The notes beneath the pieces are model-generated. The model worked only from the letters and a program-made list of their open reading frames with translations, ran no database searches and was not told the DNA's origin. 64,000 bases of DNA. Origin: Eledone cirrhosa. Lineage: Eukaryota. Shown here one piece after another: positions 1-13,600 of the stretch. Both the position numbers and the translations under genes were made by a program. The stretch lies in assembly GCA_964016885.1 (NCBI GenBank), contig OZ024761.1:16616001-16680000 (forward strand), in the 5' to 3' direction. Every line of letters starts with the position of its first letter. The stretch's first letter is position 1.

Positions 1-136
1 CCAAGCCAAAATACAAATCTGTATGAGCAAGACATTGTCTCCTAACAAGCGTGGTAAGATAGTTGTTGAAACTGTAATGATGATGTACATATACACACAC
101 ACACATATCTGTTTGCTCATCCAACCAGTTACTATT

Positions 137-223
<87 letters not shown>

Positions 224-319
224 ATATATATATATATATATAATATATTTATATAATATATATATATATATAATATATATATATAATATATATATATATA
301 ATATATATATATATATAAT

Positions 320-383
<64 letters not shown>

Positions 384-680
384 GGAGGCACATGGCTTAG
401 TGGTTAGAGCATTGGCCTTGTAATCAAAAGGTTGTGAGTTCAATTCTCAGACCAGGTGATGTATTGTTTCCTTGAGCCAGACACTTTATTTCACATTTCT
501 CCAGTTTACCCAGTCCATATCATTCCACTGCAAAGTGGTCGTGGAGGTGCCACGGCAAAAAAGCACCCAGCACTCACTGTAAATGAAGTTGGTGTTAGGA
601 AGGGCATCCAGCTGTAGAAATCAAGCCAGAATCAGTTCCCGTCCCACCCTTGCAAGCAGGGAAAAGTGGACGTATGATGA
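384..680 (+). mobile_element. tRNA-derived SINE family A, internally deleted copy
   Basis: A-box-like TGGCTTAGTGG, B-box-like GTTCAATTC, CCTTGAGC core and (GAT)n tail; near-identical to the copy at 7014. Confidence 0.85.
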
Positions 681-1735
681 TGATATATATATATAGAGAG
701 AGAGAGACATGATATATATAAACAAATGCTTACATGCAAGGAATTCCAGAGTAATGTCGGAGTGACTCACAAGCATTCTGAATGAGTATCTGTGCTCATA
801 ATTTGGCATTAATAATATATTGGTTGGATGCCCTTCCTATCACCAGCACCACTTTACTGCATGGACTGGTGCTTTTATTCGTGCCACCAGCACTAGAGAG
901 GTTGTCTTACTGGACTCAGTGGCGGCCCTCTCTACTCTATACTTTGGCATGGTTTTAATGGCTGAATGCCACTTCCATCACCTTCATTTTACAGCATGGA
1001 TCGGGTATTATTATTATGTGCTGGTGGCACAAATAAAAGAGTGTGTGTATAAATATATATATATATATTTAATATAGAAATGGCTTCTAAGGACTAGAAC
1101 TGTTTCATTCGGGAGAATGTTATGTATTCAGTACCTTACTTACTGTGGTTACCCCCGATTGAATCCGGGATATATATATATAGAGAGAGGGGGGGGGGGG
1201 ACATGTATACATACAAAAGTATTTAAAAGAAACCAAAGAACGTTTACATACTCAAACAGTTTTTATTTGCTTACAATGTTTCATTCATACCTTTTGGTAG
1301 GAGCGCTCAGAGCTTAATAAACACAGTGCTGAGTATAAGCTCCACAGATCCTAGTCACTCGAACAATCAGAATGCAAAAGAGAGTAAAGATAGGGAGATC
1401 GGCAATGGCGAACAAGGAGGGGGTTCATGTTGGGGTTGTTAAGCACCACAGCTAAATGCCAAGGCACAAGCGGATTCCACAAGATGCAGATATAATTGGT
1501 GGCACACAAAAGCAAAAGATACAGGCAATGGTTAAAACATAATAATAAAATAATAAAAAAAATAAAAGGAAGATAATATAAAGAGTAAAAAGGTAAAAGA
1601 TTAGAAAAGTAAAAAAAAAAAAAAAAAAATGTTCATAGACAATAATATAACAATCTGCTCTCTTTCAGTGCTATGTGTATGAATTGTTACAACAAGTGTT
1701 GGCTTACTCTATAGACATATACTTATATGTTTCAG

Positions 1736-4700
1736 TTTTCTATTGGATCGGTTACTGTCATATGAAAACATCAATGACTCCTCAGGTGACTCAGACGCCA
1801 CAGCCTCAAGTGAGAGTGACATAGAAATAAACAGAGAAAGTATTGTCACGAAAAAGTAACTGCTTTAAACATCTTTTTACGTTATTTGAAATCATTTAAT
1901 TAAATTTTCGTTTTATTTTTTTAAACATCTCTTTGTCTGTCTATATCTCTGTCTGTCTATTTGTCAGTCTGTCTATCTGTTAGTCTGTTCCTTTGTTGTC
2001 TGTCTATCTGCATCTCCCTCTGTCTGTCTATCTATCTACATAACTGTTTGTCAATCTTTATTTCTCTGTCTGTCTCTAGACACAACTACAGCTTTAATAA
2101 AGAGCACAAGGGAACAATGAGGTGAGAATAGAGTCAGACAAATCGTTAGGGCATTTGTGCAATGCTCTGCAGGCTGCTACAGTTAAAAAGAAGACATGAA
2201 AAAACTGAAGTCAGTCATAACTGCTGCACTAAGATTGAAACAAAAATGGAATCGGCCTTAGCTGGGCAGTGAAAACACAACTCGGGCCCTCAACAGTCTG
2301 TTAGTCAGTGTCACCTTAGTTGACCAGTTAAAACTCACCTTTGGTCCTCAGCAGTCATATGTCTGTTAGTCAGTCTCACCTTAGCTAAGCAGTAAAAACA
2401 CACTTCTGGCCCTCAGCAATCAAAAATCTGTTAATCAGAGTCATCTGGATGCTTGTACCATTTTAAGACCCAGTCCTCTTCTGGATGATGGAGAGATTCA
2501 GGGTGTAGCTTGATTGAATTGATTCCAGTGTATTTAGTGTCCTGGCTGGGTGGATAGGTTATGAGATAGCCTGTATACCTGCCCTGCCTTGTGGATCACA
2601 GGTTTATATCACACTGACGACCCAGGAGGCAGGATGTGTAAAATGACTCCACTTGATTCTATGCCCACCCCTCAGTCTAAGAGATCCTTATTTATTGTGT
2701 TAAATTTCAGGAAGAAGACAACCCTAAGCAGCGGTGTTGGCTCCAATGTGGCCCCTGTCGTCACCCCTCCACCATCGTCAGCAAATTTGTTAGGGACAGA
2801 CACATCGACACTGTTTGTGAACCCCTCCTTCACAAACTTGTTATCTCAAAACCCTGTTCTGGTAAGTACTAACTTTCCTGTCAATAACATGATCTATTTA
2901 TCTGTGTCATCATCATCAACACCATATAAGGCAGAAAATTGGCAGAGTTGTTAGAACGTTGGATAGAATGCTTTGCATTATTGATTTTGGCTTTCTGCTT
3001 TCTGAACCGTGTTCAAATCCTGTTGAGGTCAACTTTGCTTTTCATACTTTTGAGGTTGATAAAAAAAATGTACCAATCTAGTACTGGGGTTGATTCTTCC
3101 TCTGTATCTCTTTCTCACTTTTTCTCTCCCTCTCTGGAAGAAATACATACACGTACACACACGTGTCTTGATGAGAGCTGCTTAAAAGTGCTTTGTAAAA
3201 CTTTAGTTTTGTTATAAATCACCCAAAATGTTGAAACAAGCTCATCATCGTCACCATCGTATAACGTCCACTTTCCCTGCTAGTAAGAGTTGGACAGGTC
3301 TACATAGACCAAGTCAGTACTGAAGTGGGGCTACTGACCTCCCAGACAGGCTGAGAGGTCATATCGAGTGCAGAGTTCTCCTAACCCCTTGTTTGGCAGA
3401 CTTTCTACAGCTGGATGCCCTTCCTATCACCAACGACTTTACAGCAGGTACTGGGTGTTTTATTGTGTAGATCAACAGCACTAGAGAGTTTGCCATATCC
3501 TTGACACAACTAAAGTTCATCATATTATATTCCTCTACATTCTTCACAGCGTAGTGGCTCTTATCACTTTCCCATAACTTACTCCAATGTTCATACATAC
3601 TTATGGTTTATTTGTTTCTCTCTTTTTTTTTTTTGTATATCTTATACCACCCCACTACCCTTTTACACCTGGCAACAGTCCCCCTTAGTAACACCGGAAA
3701 ATAAAAAGAAAACGAAAACTGCAATCAAGAAAACTACAGCAAAATCAAGTAAGTCTTTTATACTTCCTTCTTTTTCTTGACATGTTAAAAATGACAGCTA
3801 AATCTCCCTCAGAGAGCTATATTTATATTTAACCCGTCTGATACTAGCAACCCAGACAGATCCATTACATGAGAGTCAGCTAAAAAGTTCATAGGCTGAC
3901 TATGAAGAGGTGATGCTAGGGCTGTGAAATCTTACAAGCATTAATTTCAACTCTTCTTATTAATAACAACTACATTGTTTCTTTCCAGGGACTAAGTTGA
4001 AAAATAAATCTCATTTGGTCATTTCACGAGAGTATCTTGGGCAGCCTATGTACTTTTCAGTTGACCCTTGTAGTTTAATCCTTTTGATACCAACCCAGCC
4101 AAATCCAGCCCTGCTTCTATATTAAACAAATCTACCCATTTTAAAGGGTTCCTATTTAAATAAAAATCTTCCAGCATAATTTGATGCAGGTTACCAATGC
4201 AACTATGACTAAATAACTCACCACTCTGTGAAGTCTGACTTCACCACTATCAGTGTCTTTAGCACTATGACTGAATTGTGTCTTTAATACTATGACTAAC
4301 TGAATTGTCTCTTTAGTACTATGACTGACTGAATTGTCTCTTTAGTACTATGACTGAATTGTGTCTTTAATACTATGACTGAATTGTGTCTTTAGTACTA
4401 TGACTGACTGAATTGTGTCTTTAGTACTATGACTGACTGAATTGTGTCTTTAGTACTATGACTGACTGAATTGTGTCTTTAGTACTATGACTGACTGAAT
4501 TGTGTCTTTAGTACTATGACTGACTGAATTGTGTCTTTAGTACTATGACTGACTGAATTGTCTTTAGTACTATGACTGACTGAATTGTGTCTTTAGTACT
4601 ATGACTGACTGAATTGTGTCTTTAGTACTATGACTGACTGAATTGTGTCTTTAGTACTATGACTGACTGAATTATGTCTTTAGTACTATGACTGACTGAA

Positions 4701-6094
4701 TTGTGTCTTTAGTACTATGACTGACTGAATTGTCTTTAGTACTATGACTGACTGGATTGTGTCTTTAGTACTATGACTGACTAAATTATGTCTTTAGTAC
4801 TATGACTGACTGAATTGTGTCTTTAGTACTATGACTGACTGAATTGTGTCTTTAGTACTATGACTGAATTGTGTCTTTAGTACTATGACTGACTGAATTA
4901 TGTCTTTAGTACTATGACTGACTGAATTGTGTCTTTAGTACTATGACTGACTGAATTGTGTCTTTAGTATTATGACTGAGTTGTGTCTTTAAAACTATAA
5001 CTGACTTAAATATGTGTCTGTAAATTGTGTCTAGGTACACCGAAGCCTCCTGAGCCCCAACCAGAAAGAATCGCTGGTCAGATGACCCGAGAAGAATTAG
5101 AAAGACATTTGGAGTCTCGGCAACATTCTTTTGGTATTGAGAAAGCTCCTGCCAAGTTACCAATGGAGATATTTAGCAACGAAAACTCTGATCCCGATAG
5201 GTGAGTAAAATCTGTCAAATTTACATCATCATCATCATCAGACTGAGTCAGTCCTCAGGGTTATTGACTTCTCATATGAGCCAGGGGGTGGCTTACATCT
5301 TGCTTATACACGATCTTACACTCTACCAAGTGCATATATTTATGACACTAGCATTAGAGAGGCTGTCATGTCTTTGACATAGGTGAAGTATCCTCCTGGA
5401 CCTTTGTTTGATAGGTTTTTCTACAGTTGGATGCTCTTTCTATCTACAACCACTTTACAGCATATACTGGACGTGTTTGTCATATAAATCACCAACACTA
5501 GAAAGGTTGTGTCATTGTAACACAACTGAAGAATCCTCTCAAGCCCTTTTTGGGGGGTAGTCTTCCTATTGCCAATCACCTTACAAAGTGTACTGAATGC
5601 CAAAATACACGTCCATGTGAGCAACATTATACTTATATACTTTTCATGACACCTCATACACAGGGCAACAAAATGGCTGAGTGAATTCGCAGGTTTTTAT
5701 CTCCTTTTCTTTTCCTTATTTTTCCCTGTTTCTTCCTCTTCTCACTCTTTTCTTCCTATTTATCTAGAGCTAGTGTCCAAAATGTTAAAACTCTCTTCCT
5801 GCTATTTCAAGCGTTAAACTAAATATTTCTTCAATGTACTGTATCATTTGTTGTTTTGTTATTTCTGTTTACCTTTTACATATCTAGTCCTGTAGAAGCC
5901 ATTTCTATATTAAATATTTATACTCTGCTATGTATTGAGTACCTTCCTTACTGTGGTTATCCCCGATTGAACCCGGAATATACATATATATAATATATAC
6001 ACTATTTTCTTTCAGTGAAACAGCCCAGGATGTCTCGGGGTTGCTAGGAGACGTGGATGATGATGCTGAACTTGTGATAGATGCTCCACAATGA
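1736..6094 (+). CDS. INO80E: INO80 complex subunit E (CCDC95), 3' part. Coding exons 1736-1855, 2711-2861, 3679-3748, 5035-5200, 6016-6094; 5' exon(s) upstream of window
   Basis: Exons bounded by AG/GT with consistent phases (2,2,0,1,2). Translation (S)[28 protein letters not shown] matches my recollection of the INO80E motif [27 protein letters not shown]. C-terminus DDDAELVIDAPQ* matches the INO80E DDDLVIDIPE-type end. AATAAA at 6134-6139. Confidence 0.9.
3868..4072. mobile_element. Mariner-type MITE; related copies at ~16490-16750, 23474-23650, 48805-48990
   Basis: Imperfect TIRs GAGAGTCAGCTAAAAAGTTCATAGGCTG / CAGCCTATGTACTTTTCAGTTGACCCTTGTA; dispersed copies. Confidence 0.65.
4250..5030 (+). 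repeat. 29-bp minisatellite (~26 copies) abutting an INO80E acceptor
   Basis: Unit GACTGACTGAATTGTGTCTTTAGTACTAT. Confidence 0.95.
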
Positions 6095-6264
6095 CTTCCA
6101 ATTTTATACAGGTTTTTTAAATATATCTTTTACAATAAAAATTACCTCTTTTCTACATTTGTTATTGTTGTAGGTGTTGATTTGACTTTAGAAATAATTG
6201 TGACAACTGTGTGTGTGAGTGTGTGTGTGTGTGTGCAAATGTTTGATGTGTATACATGCATGTG

Positions 6265-6295
<31 letters not shown>

Positions 6296-6341
6296 CATTA
6301 TCGAGCCCTCATCGGATATTGGCCTTCATAATTATTATTAT

Positions 6342-6381
<40 letters not shown>

Positions 6382-7013
6382 TTATAGAAGGAGCTTCTAC
6401 AGGACTAGTACTGTTTCATTCAGATGAAATCTTCAGGAAGCATTCCTGAAGATTTCATCTGAATGAAACAGTACTAGTCCTGTAGAAGCTCCTTCTATAA
6501 AATAAACAATTTTACTCTGCCATGTATTGAGTACCTTACTTACTGTGGTTATCCCCGACTCAACCCGGGACCTACGTATATATACCTGTATCGGTGTTGT
6601 ATCCTGGGGTCTTACAACATAGTCACCCTCATCTAGGTGCCCTGACTACACGACACATCATCAGTGTTGTATCCTGGAGTAGCTGGGGGTCTTACAACAT
6701 AGTCACCTTCATCCAGGTGACCCAACATCAGTGTTGTAGCCTTGAGTTACTGGGTGTTTTTTTGTGGTCTTACAACATAGTCACCCTCATTCAGGTGACC
6801 CAGCCAAGGTTGATCAAACCTCAGCCAGTGTCCAAGAGACAGACATACTACTGACCCCACCGGTCACTTCACTCCAGCCATAACCACCTAGATGCCCTCT
6901 GCTTGTTCCACATTGATTTCAAGTGCCCCTCCATATATATAAACACACACACACACACATATATATCTGTACATGCATGCAAGCATCTGTGTGTATATAT
7001 ATATATATATAAT

Positions 7014-7350
7014 GGAGGCACATGGCTTAGTGGTTAGAGCATTGGCCTTGCAATCGAAAGGTTGTGAGTTCAATTTTCAGACCGGGTGATGTGTTGTGTC
7101 CTTGAGCAAGACACTTTATTTCACATTGCTCCAGTTTACTCAGCTGTAGAAATGAGATGATAGGGACTGGGGTCCCTATCATTCCACTGCAAAGTGGTCA
7201 TGGAGGTGCCACGGCAAAAAAGCACCCAGCACTCACTGTAAATGAGGTTGGTGTTAGGAAGGGCATCCAGCTGTAGAAATCAAGCCAGAATCAGTTCCCG
7301 TCCCACCCTTGCAAGCAGGGAAAAGTGGATGTAAAATGATGATGATGATG
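7014..7350 (+). mobile_element. tRNA-derived SINE family A, full-length
   Basis: Same sequence as the copies at 384 (+), 12765, 43105, 49835 and 56980 (-); (GAT)n tail. Confidence 0.88.
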
Positions 7351-7944
7351 ATATATACATATATAAGTATGGGTGTGCAAATATGATTTAAAACATAATC
7401 ACACATACACAGGAATCCAAAGTGGTGTGCAGGAGAAAGGACTGCATTAGTACAAATATGTGATGCACATGGATGGTGATCGCTGGGTAAATAAGTGCCA
7501 GGAAACGCCAGTGGAGGGCAGAGGTTGTGTTAGCTGATCTCGAATCACTGAGACTCACAGAGAAGATGATGAAGGAGCATGAATGGAGATATGCTGTGTT
7601 GAAAAGGACCCGTCCGGCCCATGCAAGAGTGGGAAAACAAATGTAAAAACAACGATGATGATCACGCATCATCCTGTATTTTCTGAGAGTGCCATAGGGG
7701 GCGCTGTATTGACACATGGCATTTAAAAACCTGATGGACCCCCCATCTTCTTTCCAAATTTGAACACAACAGGGTTGAGAGAGAGAGAGAGAAAGAAATA
7801 CAGAGGAAGAATTGATACCAGTACTTGACTGGTACTTTTTTATCGACCTCGGCGGGATTTGAACTCACAGCGTAGAAAGCCAGTACATTTACAACAAAGC
7901 ATTATATCCGATGTTCAAATGACTCTAACAATTCCCACCTTGGG

Positions 7945-7975
<31 letters not shown>

Positions 7976-7988
7976 GCATACATATTAC

Positions 7989-8681
7989 ATACGAGGGGGG
8001 TTTCAAAAAGTTTGTGGAAAAAAAAGGTTTAAGTTATGTTTATTTTTCAACATATGCTCCATCTAAGTCAATACACTTCTGTAAGCGTTGATACCAGCCT
8101 TTAAGTTCATCTGTGTAAAACTGAGGGCCATGCGATTTAAACCATGTCAAAGTAGCTTTTTTTTTTTTTTTTTTTTTTTTTACATCTTCAACCGTATCTC
8201 TTCCACTTCTAAAACAACTTATCCATGGACCCCACAAACTTTGTCCAGAGCGTCAATGATTTGGCTGCTCTTCCACCCTAGCTTCACCATGAATTTGATG
8301 TTTTGATGGAGGTCATGTTGCTTGAGAAGGTACACACTTGCAACTGGTGGCGCCACGTTGCAACATGCTTTTAAGGGTTCATGTTAGAATATGTTACGAC
8401 ACGTTAGGGCGGTGGATTGGCAGTATCGGTAGAGGGTCAGACACCATAGTTACGTCCCTTTACGATCTGAGTTCAAATCCCGCCGAGGTTGACTTTGCCT
8501 TTCATCCTTACGGGGGTCGATAAAATAAAGTACCAGTAATGCACTGGGTAATTGCTGGCCTTGTGCCTAAAGTAGAAACAGTTATGACACGTTAGTACAA
8601 GAATGTACAGGTGCATTGAGATCAAAATCCCTGCATATGATTTTTAGTTATGTACTTTTACCACAAACCTTTTGAAGCCCC

Positions 8682-8687
<6 letters not shown>
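7989..8687 (-). mobile_element. Internally deleted mariner element with nested SINE B
   Basis: TIRs TACGAGGGGGG.TTCAAAAAGTTTGTGG / CCACAAACCTTTTGAAGCCCCCTCATA. Minus strand encodes the mariner C-terminus WYQRLQKCIDLDGAYVEK*. Confidence 0.8.
8408..8582 (+). mobile_element. SINE family B. Further copies at ~13490-13700(-), 19291-19473, 19922-20290(-), 25650-25745, 28260-28740, 38870-39055(-), 42007-42220, 45522-45710, 45793-45970, 57818-57985, 58006-58222
   Basis: Dispersed ~180-bp repeat GGCGGTGGATTGGCAGTATCGGTAGAG..GAGTTCAAATCCCGCCGAGG..GATAAAATAAAGTACCAGT..AGAAACAATT with a B-box GAGTTCAAATCC. Confidence 0.82.
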
Positions 8688-8742
<55 letters not shown>

Positions 8743-10661
8743 AAATTGTAATTCATGTCTATTTCTTTTTAAAAACGCAAACGTACCTGTTAAATCAGTG
8801 AATGCCAGGCTCAAGTTTTAACAATAAACAACAAATCAAGACAAAAATAAATATTTGTTTTATTTACACTGTTTCATTGTGAACAGATTAACAAAATTAC
8901 CTATTGACTTTGTATCATATCTATATATATATATATAGAAACATACACAAACACGCACACCCACACAACTACTTCTCTGTATGTAGCTACTTGAACCAGA
9001 CCTCATAGAATTGACCATACCATATATATATATATCATATATCCTCTTTATACCATATATATTTTGTGTGTCTACAAGATGAACCAGATCTTATTGTATT
9101 ATATCATTCATTTTTTCTGTCTCTACATGAACCAGGCAGGACGTGGGATGTGGGGTATGAATGAACCTTGTTTGGAAGGAAGGTCCCTGTAGTGGGTTGG
9201 GCAGTGGAAAGACGAGCTGATGATCTTCAGGTCAGACTAAGAAAACAATGTTTCTATTGCTGATACTATCTGTTGGTTGTAACTCATGTGTGTGTGTGTA
9301 TACATATACACACATACACAAACATATATGAGGTTACTGTAGGGGCTGGGATGGTCCAGGGGGTGGGTGTTGGAGAAAGGTTACTGTAGGGAGTGGGAGC
9401 AAAACACTGGGGATGGCGCATAAAGAAAAAAGTTGCAATAGATACAGATACTGCCCTCCCCGCTGCTTCTTGCTTCTGTGTTTTTTTTTACTTTAGATTT
9501 ACAGAAACATGTTTCTAGCTCCACAGAAAACACACACACACACATACATACATACATACACAAATACTAAGACACACATATACACTGAAAAAACTGGCAA
9601 TTTGATAGACATTATTGTGAAGACTCAGAAAAACACATGTACAAGTTCTAACAATATAGATGTACATGTAATAATGGGGAATACAGGCTTCTATTAATAG
9701 TGTCTATGAAACTGGCAGGTTTTTGAGTTTATCACCAATACAATGTATTATATATATGTGTGTGTGTGTGTGTTCATATATGTATATATACAGACATGTA
9801 TATACATATGTGAGTGTGTTTATATATGTATACACACAACTGGCAGGTTTTTGAGTTTATCACCAATACAATGTATTATATATACATATATATATGTGTG
9901 TGTGTTCATATATGTATACACACATACATGTGTGCGTGTGTGAGCATGCAAACACCCGCACAATCAAATACACATACACACAAGCTAACACAGACACAGA
10001 AACAAACTGAATGTTTTTAACATATGAGGTAAAGAAGAAATTTCAGTATGAACCAGAAAGGGAAAGAGAGAGTTAGAGACTTTCGATAGAATTAATTGTT
10101 CGATCTCATCTGTGCTCTCCCTCATCAATCAATATTTGAACTGTCGATTACTGCAGATGTACAAGCTTGTCCAGTCTCGCTCTGTACCTACTCCGCATTC
10201 AACCCCCCACCCCACCACAATTGAATCCCCCTCTCCCCTGACAAAAAAATATCTTATTTCTTCTTGGCCAGTAGTACAGATATGAAAGATCTCTCTGGGA
10301 GAAGTGTTAAACATTTGTTTTGTTAAAGCTCGCCATATTGCCAAATAACTGAGTAGGAAGCTTCAAAAATTGTTCAATAGAAATCATTGGTAACAATTGA
10401 TCAATGAATGAAAGGTTTTGATCAATCCATCAAAGGTTTTGATCAATCCATCAAAGGTTTTGATCAATCCATCAAAGGTTTTGATCAATCGGTCAATGAA
10501 AGGTTTTGATAATTAATCAATGAAAGGTTACTGGTATGAACACCATCACATCGCATCAATATTTGGTGGAGTGGAGGAGGAGGGAGGGGGGGAACAAAAA
10601 AGTGTTGTTTGTTTTTTTGTTTACATAAGGTTGTTGTTGTTATTGTTATTGTTGTTATCAT

Positions 10662-13600
10662 TCACGTGTCGGTTGTGCGCAGTCGTTTGTTTGGCGGTTC
10701 ACAGAGGGATTTATGTTGACTAACAGGGATCTCGTTTTTATGCAAGGGCGCTGGTGCGTGAATTATACTAAGGACTTGAAGCTGGGTCGCTGTGTCTGTT
10801 TTCGGACTGTTTTTCTTCACTATATCACCTCCATCTCCCACTACTACTCCTTTACCTAGATGATGTTGCTGTTGTTCAAGTTGTTGTTGTTGCTGTAGAT
10901 GTTGTTGTTGATCGACTAGCGTGGTAGCAGTAGCATCGCCGTTCTCACTGACATTTTCAGTGGCACAACTAACAGCCTCTTCCATTGTCGAGGCACAAAT
11001 TATCAAGGGCTCGCCCTCCATGCCACTGTTCTCGTCCGGCTCATTCTGCTCCGTCGGATCTTCTGATGAAGTGATGATGACAATGTCATCATGCACCTGG
11101 CCGCTGTGGGAGCGAGCCGCCTGTATCCGGGCCACGACCTTGTCCGTTAAATATGCTATATGTTCCTGTTGGTGATGATGATGATGTTGCTGCTGTTGTT
11201 GTTCTTGTTCTTGTTGTTCTTGCTGTTCCAGTGCTGTTGTCTCGTAGTCTTCGCCCTCCACCTCTTGTTCATGGTCACATCCATCGTCAGCGATGGCAGT
11301 CGAGGGCAGTAGAGTGTCCGACTGTGATGAAGTGGTGGACGTTGTCACTATAGTATCGGTCAAGTGGGATGGTAGGTTTGACAGGTAGGTACTTCGTAGT
11401 TGAGCCAGGTGTTGGTTCAGAAGGGTTCGGTGCTGTACCTCCATTTGCTCAATAAGTTCGGCGACTGTTTTCTCTGCCGGAGGACAAAGCTGACTTAATA
11501 ATTCTTGTTCTCTCTTTTGATAATTTGAAACTTCTTTATTGAGGAGTTCAATCTGAAAAAATACAAACAAAATAGAAGAAACTGGAGCATTATTCTCTGA
11601 AAGTTTCTTAAACTCTGAAGAAGGGAATTTCAAGTCCCGAAATATTAGAACAGCAACAACAAAAAACAAAAAGTGTTATGTCCTTATGGATAAATGAATA
11701 CACTGCAACAGTGTAATAACAATATAATTGAAACAAGTGGCAATAACCACACAACAATCTAATACGCTAACTCAAACTGTGAACTTGAACTCCAACTTTG
11801 ACTATCAACACACCAACTGTGGAAATAGTACCAACTTTGACTATCAACACACCAACTGTGGAAATAGTACCAACTTGCCCACTTAATCAGGCTGCTACTA
11901 TTTATATGTAGTGGTCCAGCCCATTCTCGCCAGGGGGGCGCCGTACACTCGCACAACACAAAGATTATCAGGTAACTTACTTTTTCGTTACCTCATCTTA
12001 CAGTCCATTTTCCATTGTTTAGCCTTCTATCTCTTTCCACAGTCACAAACAAAATAGTTTTTTAAAAATATGGGAGTTTGGGACCAAACTGTAATGAGAT
12101 ACACACAATATATATGTGTGTGTGTACAGCGCCCGCTTTGACCACTTTTACTCAATGACAGATATATATATATCAATGAAGGTGTCTGTATAACATTCCT
12201 TACCTGTAACTTTAGTTGTTCAATCTCTGCCTTAAAGTCTTGCTCTTGCTGAGCTTTATCGAGAGCCAGCTGGTGATATTTGTCCTGAAGGATGGCGTAT
12301 TCTTTTTCAGACAATTTATTGTTAAATATTGTCACGTCCTGACACAGGGGTGGAGACAGAGAAATATTGGAAAATCAACAACAACACAAATAATAGAACA
12401 AACAAAAACAAGAATTTCAATCTGTAAAAAAACTAAATTAATTAATGGGAATATAAATGTGTTAGTTTTTTTTCTTTCATTTATCACGAAAATGTTGGGG
12501 GATCTATATATATATATATATATACATACATACACACACATCTATATATATATATGATGATGATGATGATATATACCGTATTTGCCACATTTCTTTCTCC
12601 CAAAACATAAAAAAATCTTCCCTTCATCCAATATAACTGTGGTGAGTGTGTGAATATATATATATATGTGTGTGTGTGTGTAGTGTGTGTTAATGTAACT
12701 TACATTATAGGAGACAATCTGTGCAGTGAAGGGAGCTGTATATGTGTGCATGTCTGTATCATTTCATTTTACGTCCGCTTTTTCCCTGCTTGCAAGGGTG
12801 GGACGGGAACTGATTCTGGCTTGATTTCTACAGCTGGATGCCCTTCCTAACACCAACCTCATTTACAGTGAGTGCTGGGTGCTTTTTTGCCGTGGCGCCT
12901 CCACGACCACTTTGCAGTGGAATGATAGGGACCCCAGTCCCTATCATCTCATTTCTACAGCTGAGTAAACTGGAGCAATGTGAAATAAAGTGTCTTGCTC
13001 AAGGAAACAACACATCACCCGGTCTGAGACTTGAACTCACAACCTCTCGATTGCAAGGCCAATGCTCTAACCACTAAGCCATGTGAGTATTTGTATGTGT
13101 GTGTGAGTCTGTCTATGTTTGCGTCAGTGTGTTAACCTTTAGCAAGATGAATTTTTTTATGAATTGCTTCCCTTGAATCTGCATTATGTATTAAAGGGGT
13201 ATTACTCTATCGATGACATAAGGCGCCTAGAGCACCCAGAAGGTTAATGTAACTTACATCGTTGGAGACAATCTGTGTAGTGAAGGAATTGTTGATGTCT
13301 GAAAGATCTTCTTTGATGATCATGATGGTTTGGCTGTCGGTGGTATCAACCGTTTCATTAGCAGCCACAGAGACATGTACAGCTCTGTCGGGGGACTTGC
13401 CGTTGCTTAAAATATTGTTTGACGTCCGACTTACGTAGGCTGCAACAGAAGACAGGGATAATATAAACAACAAATCATAGTAATAATGGTTTCTACTCTA
13501 GGCACGAGGCCAGCAATTTTTTGGGGGGGAGGAGAAAGTCGATTAGATTGACTCCAGTACATTACTGGTGCTTTATTTTATCGACCCCGTAAGGATGAAA

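Noticed and set aside
1265-1320. Minus-strand hammerhead-like CTGAGCG..GAAACATTGTA (and CTGAGGA at ~63767)
   Set aside because: Core nucleotides are mutated or GAAA is missing; at most decayed Penelope-type remnants.
2711-2861. Alternative open frame EEDNPKQRCWLQC.. in this INO80E exon
   Set aside because: Incompatible with the phases of the neighbouring exons; a chance open frame in 151 nt.
4250-5030. CRISPR-like appearance of the 29-33-bp repeats (also 33231 and 53662)
   Set aside because: Head-to-tail units without unique spacers, no cas genes, eukaryotic context.
6443-6485. Hammerhead-like CTGAAGA..GAAAC..GTC in the 6377-6505 palindrome as an active ribozyme
   Set aside because: No stem I pairing and a mismatched base of stem II; kept only as a degenerate member of the fold-back set.
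10410-10525. 20-bp repeats and a 126-bp duplication (9710-9930) in the probable 3' UTR of the zinc-finger gene
   Set aside because: Small local duplications with no recognisable regulatory motif.
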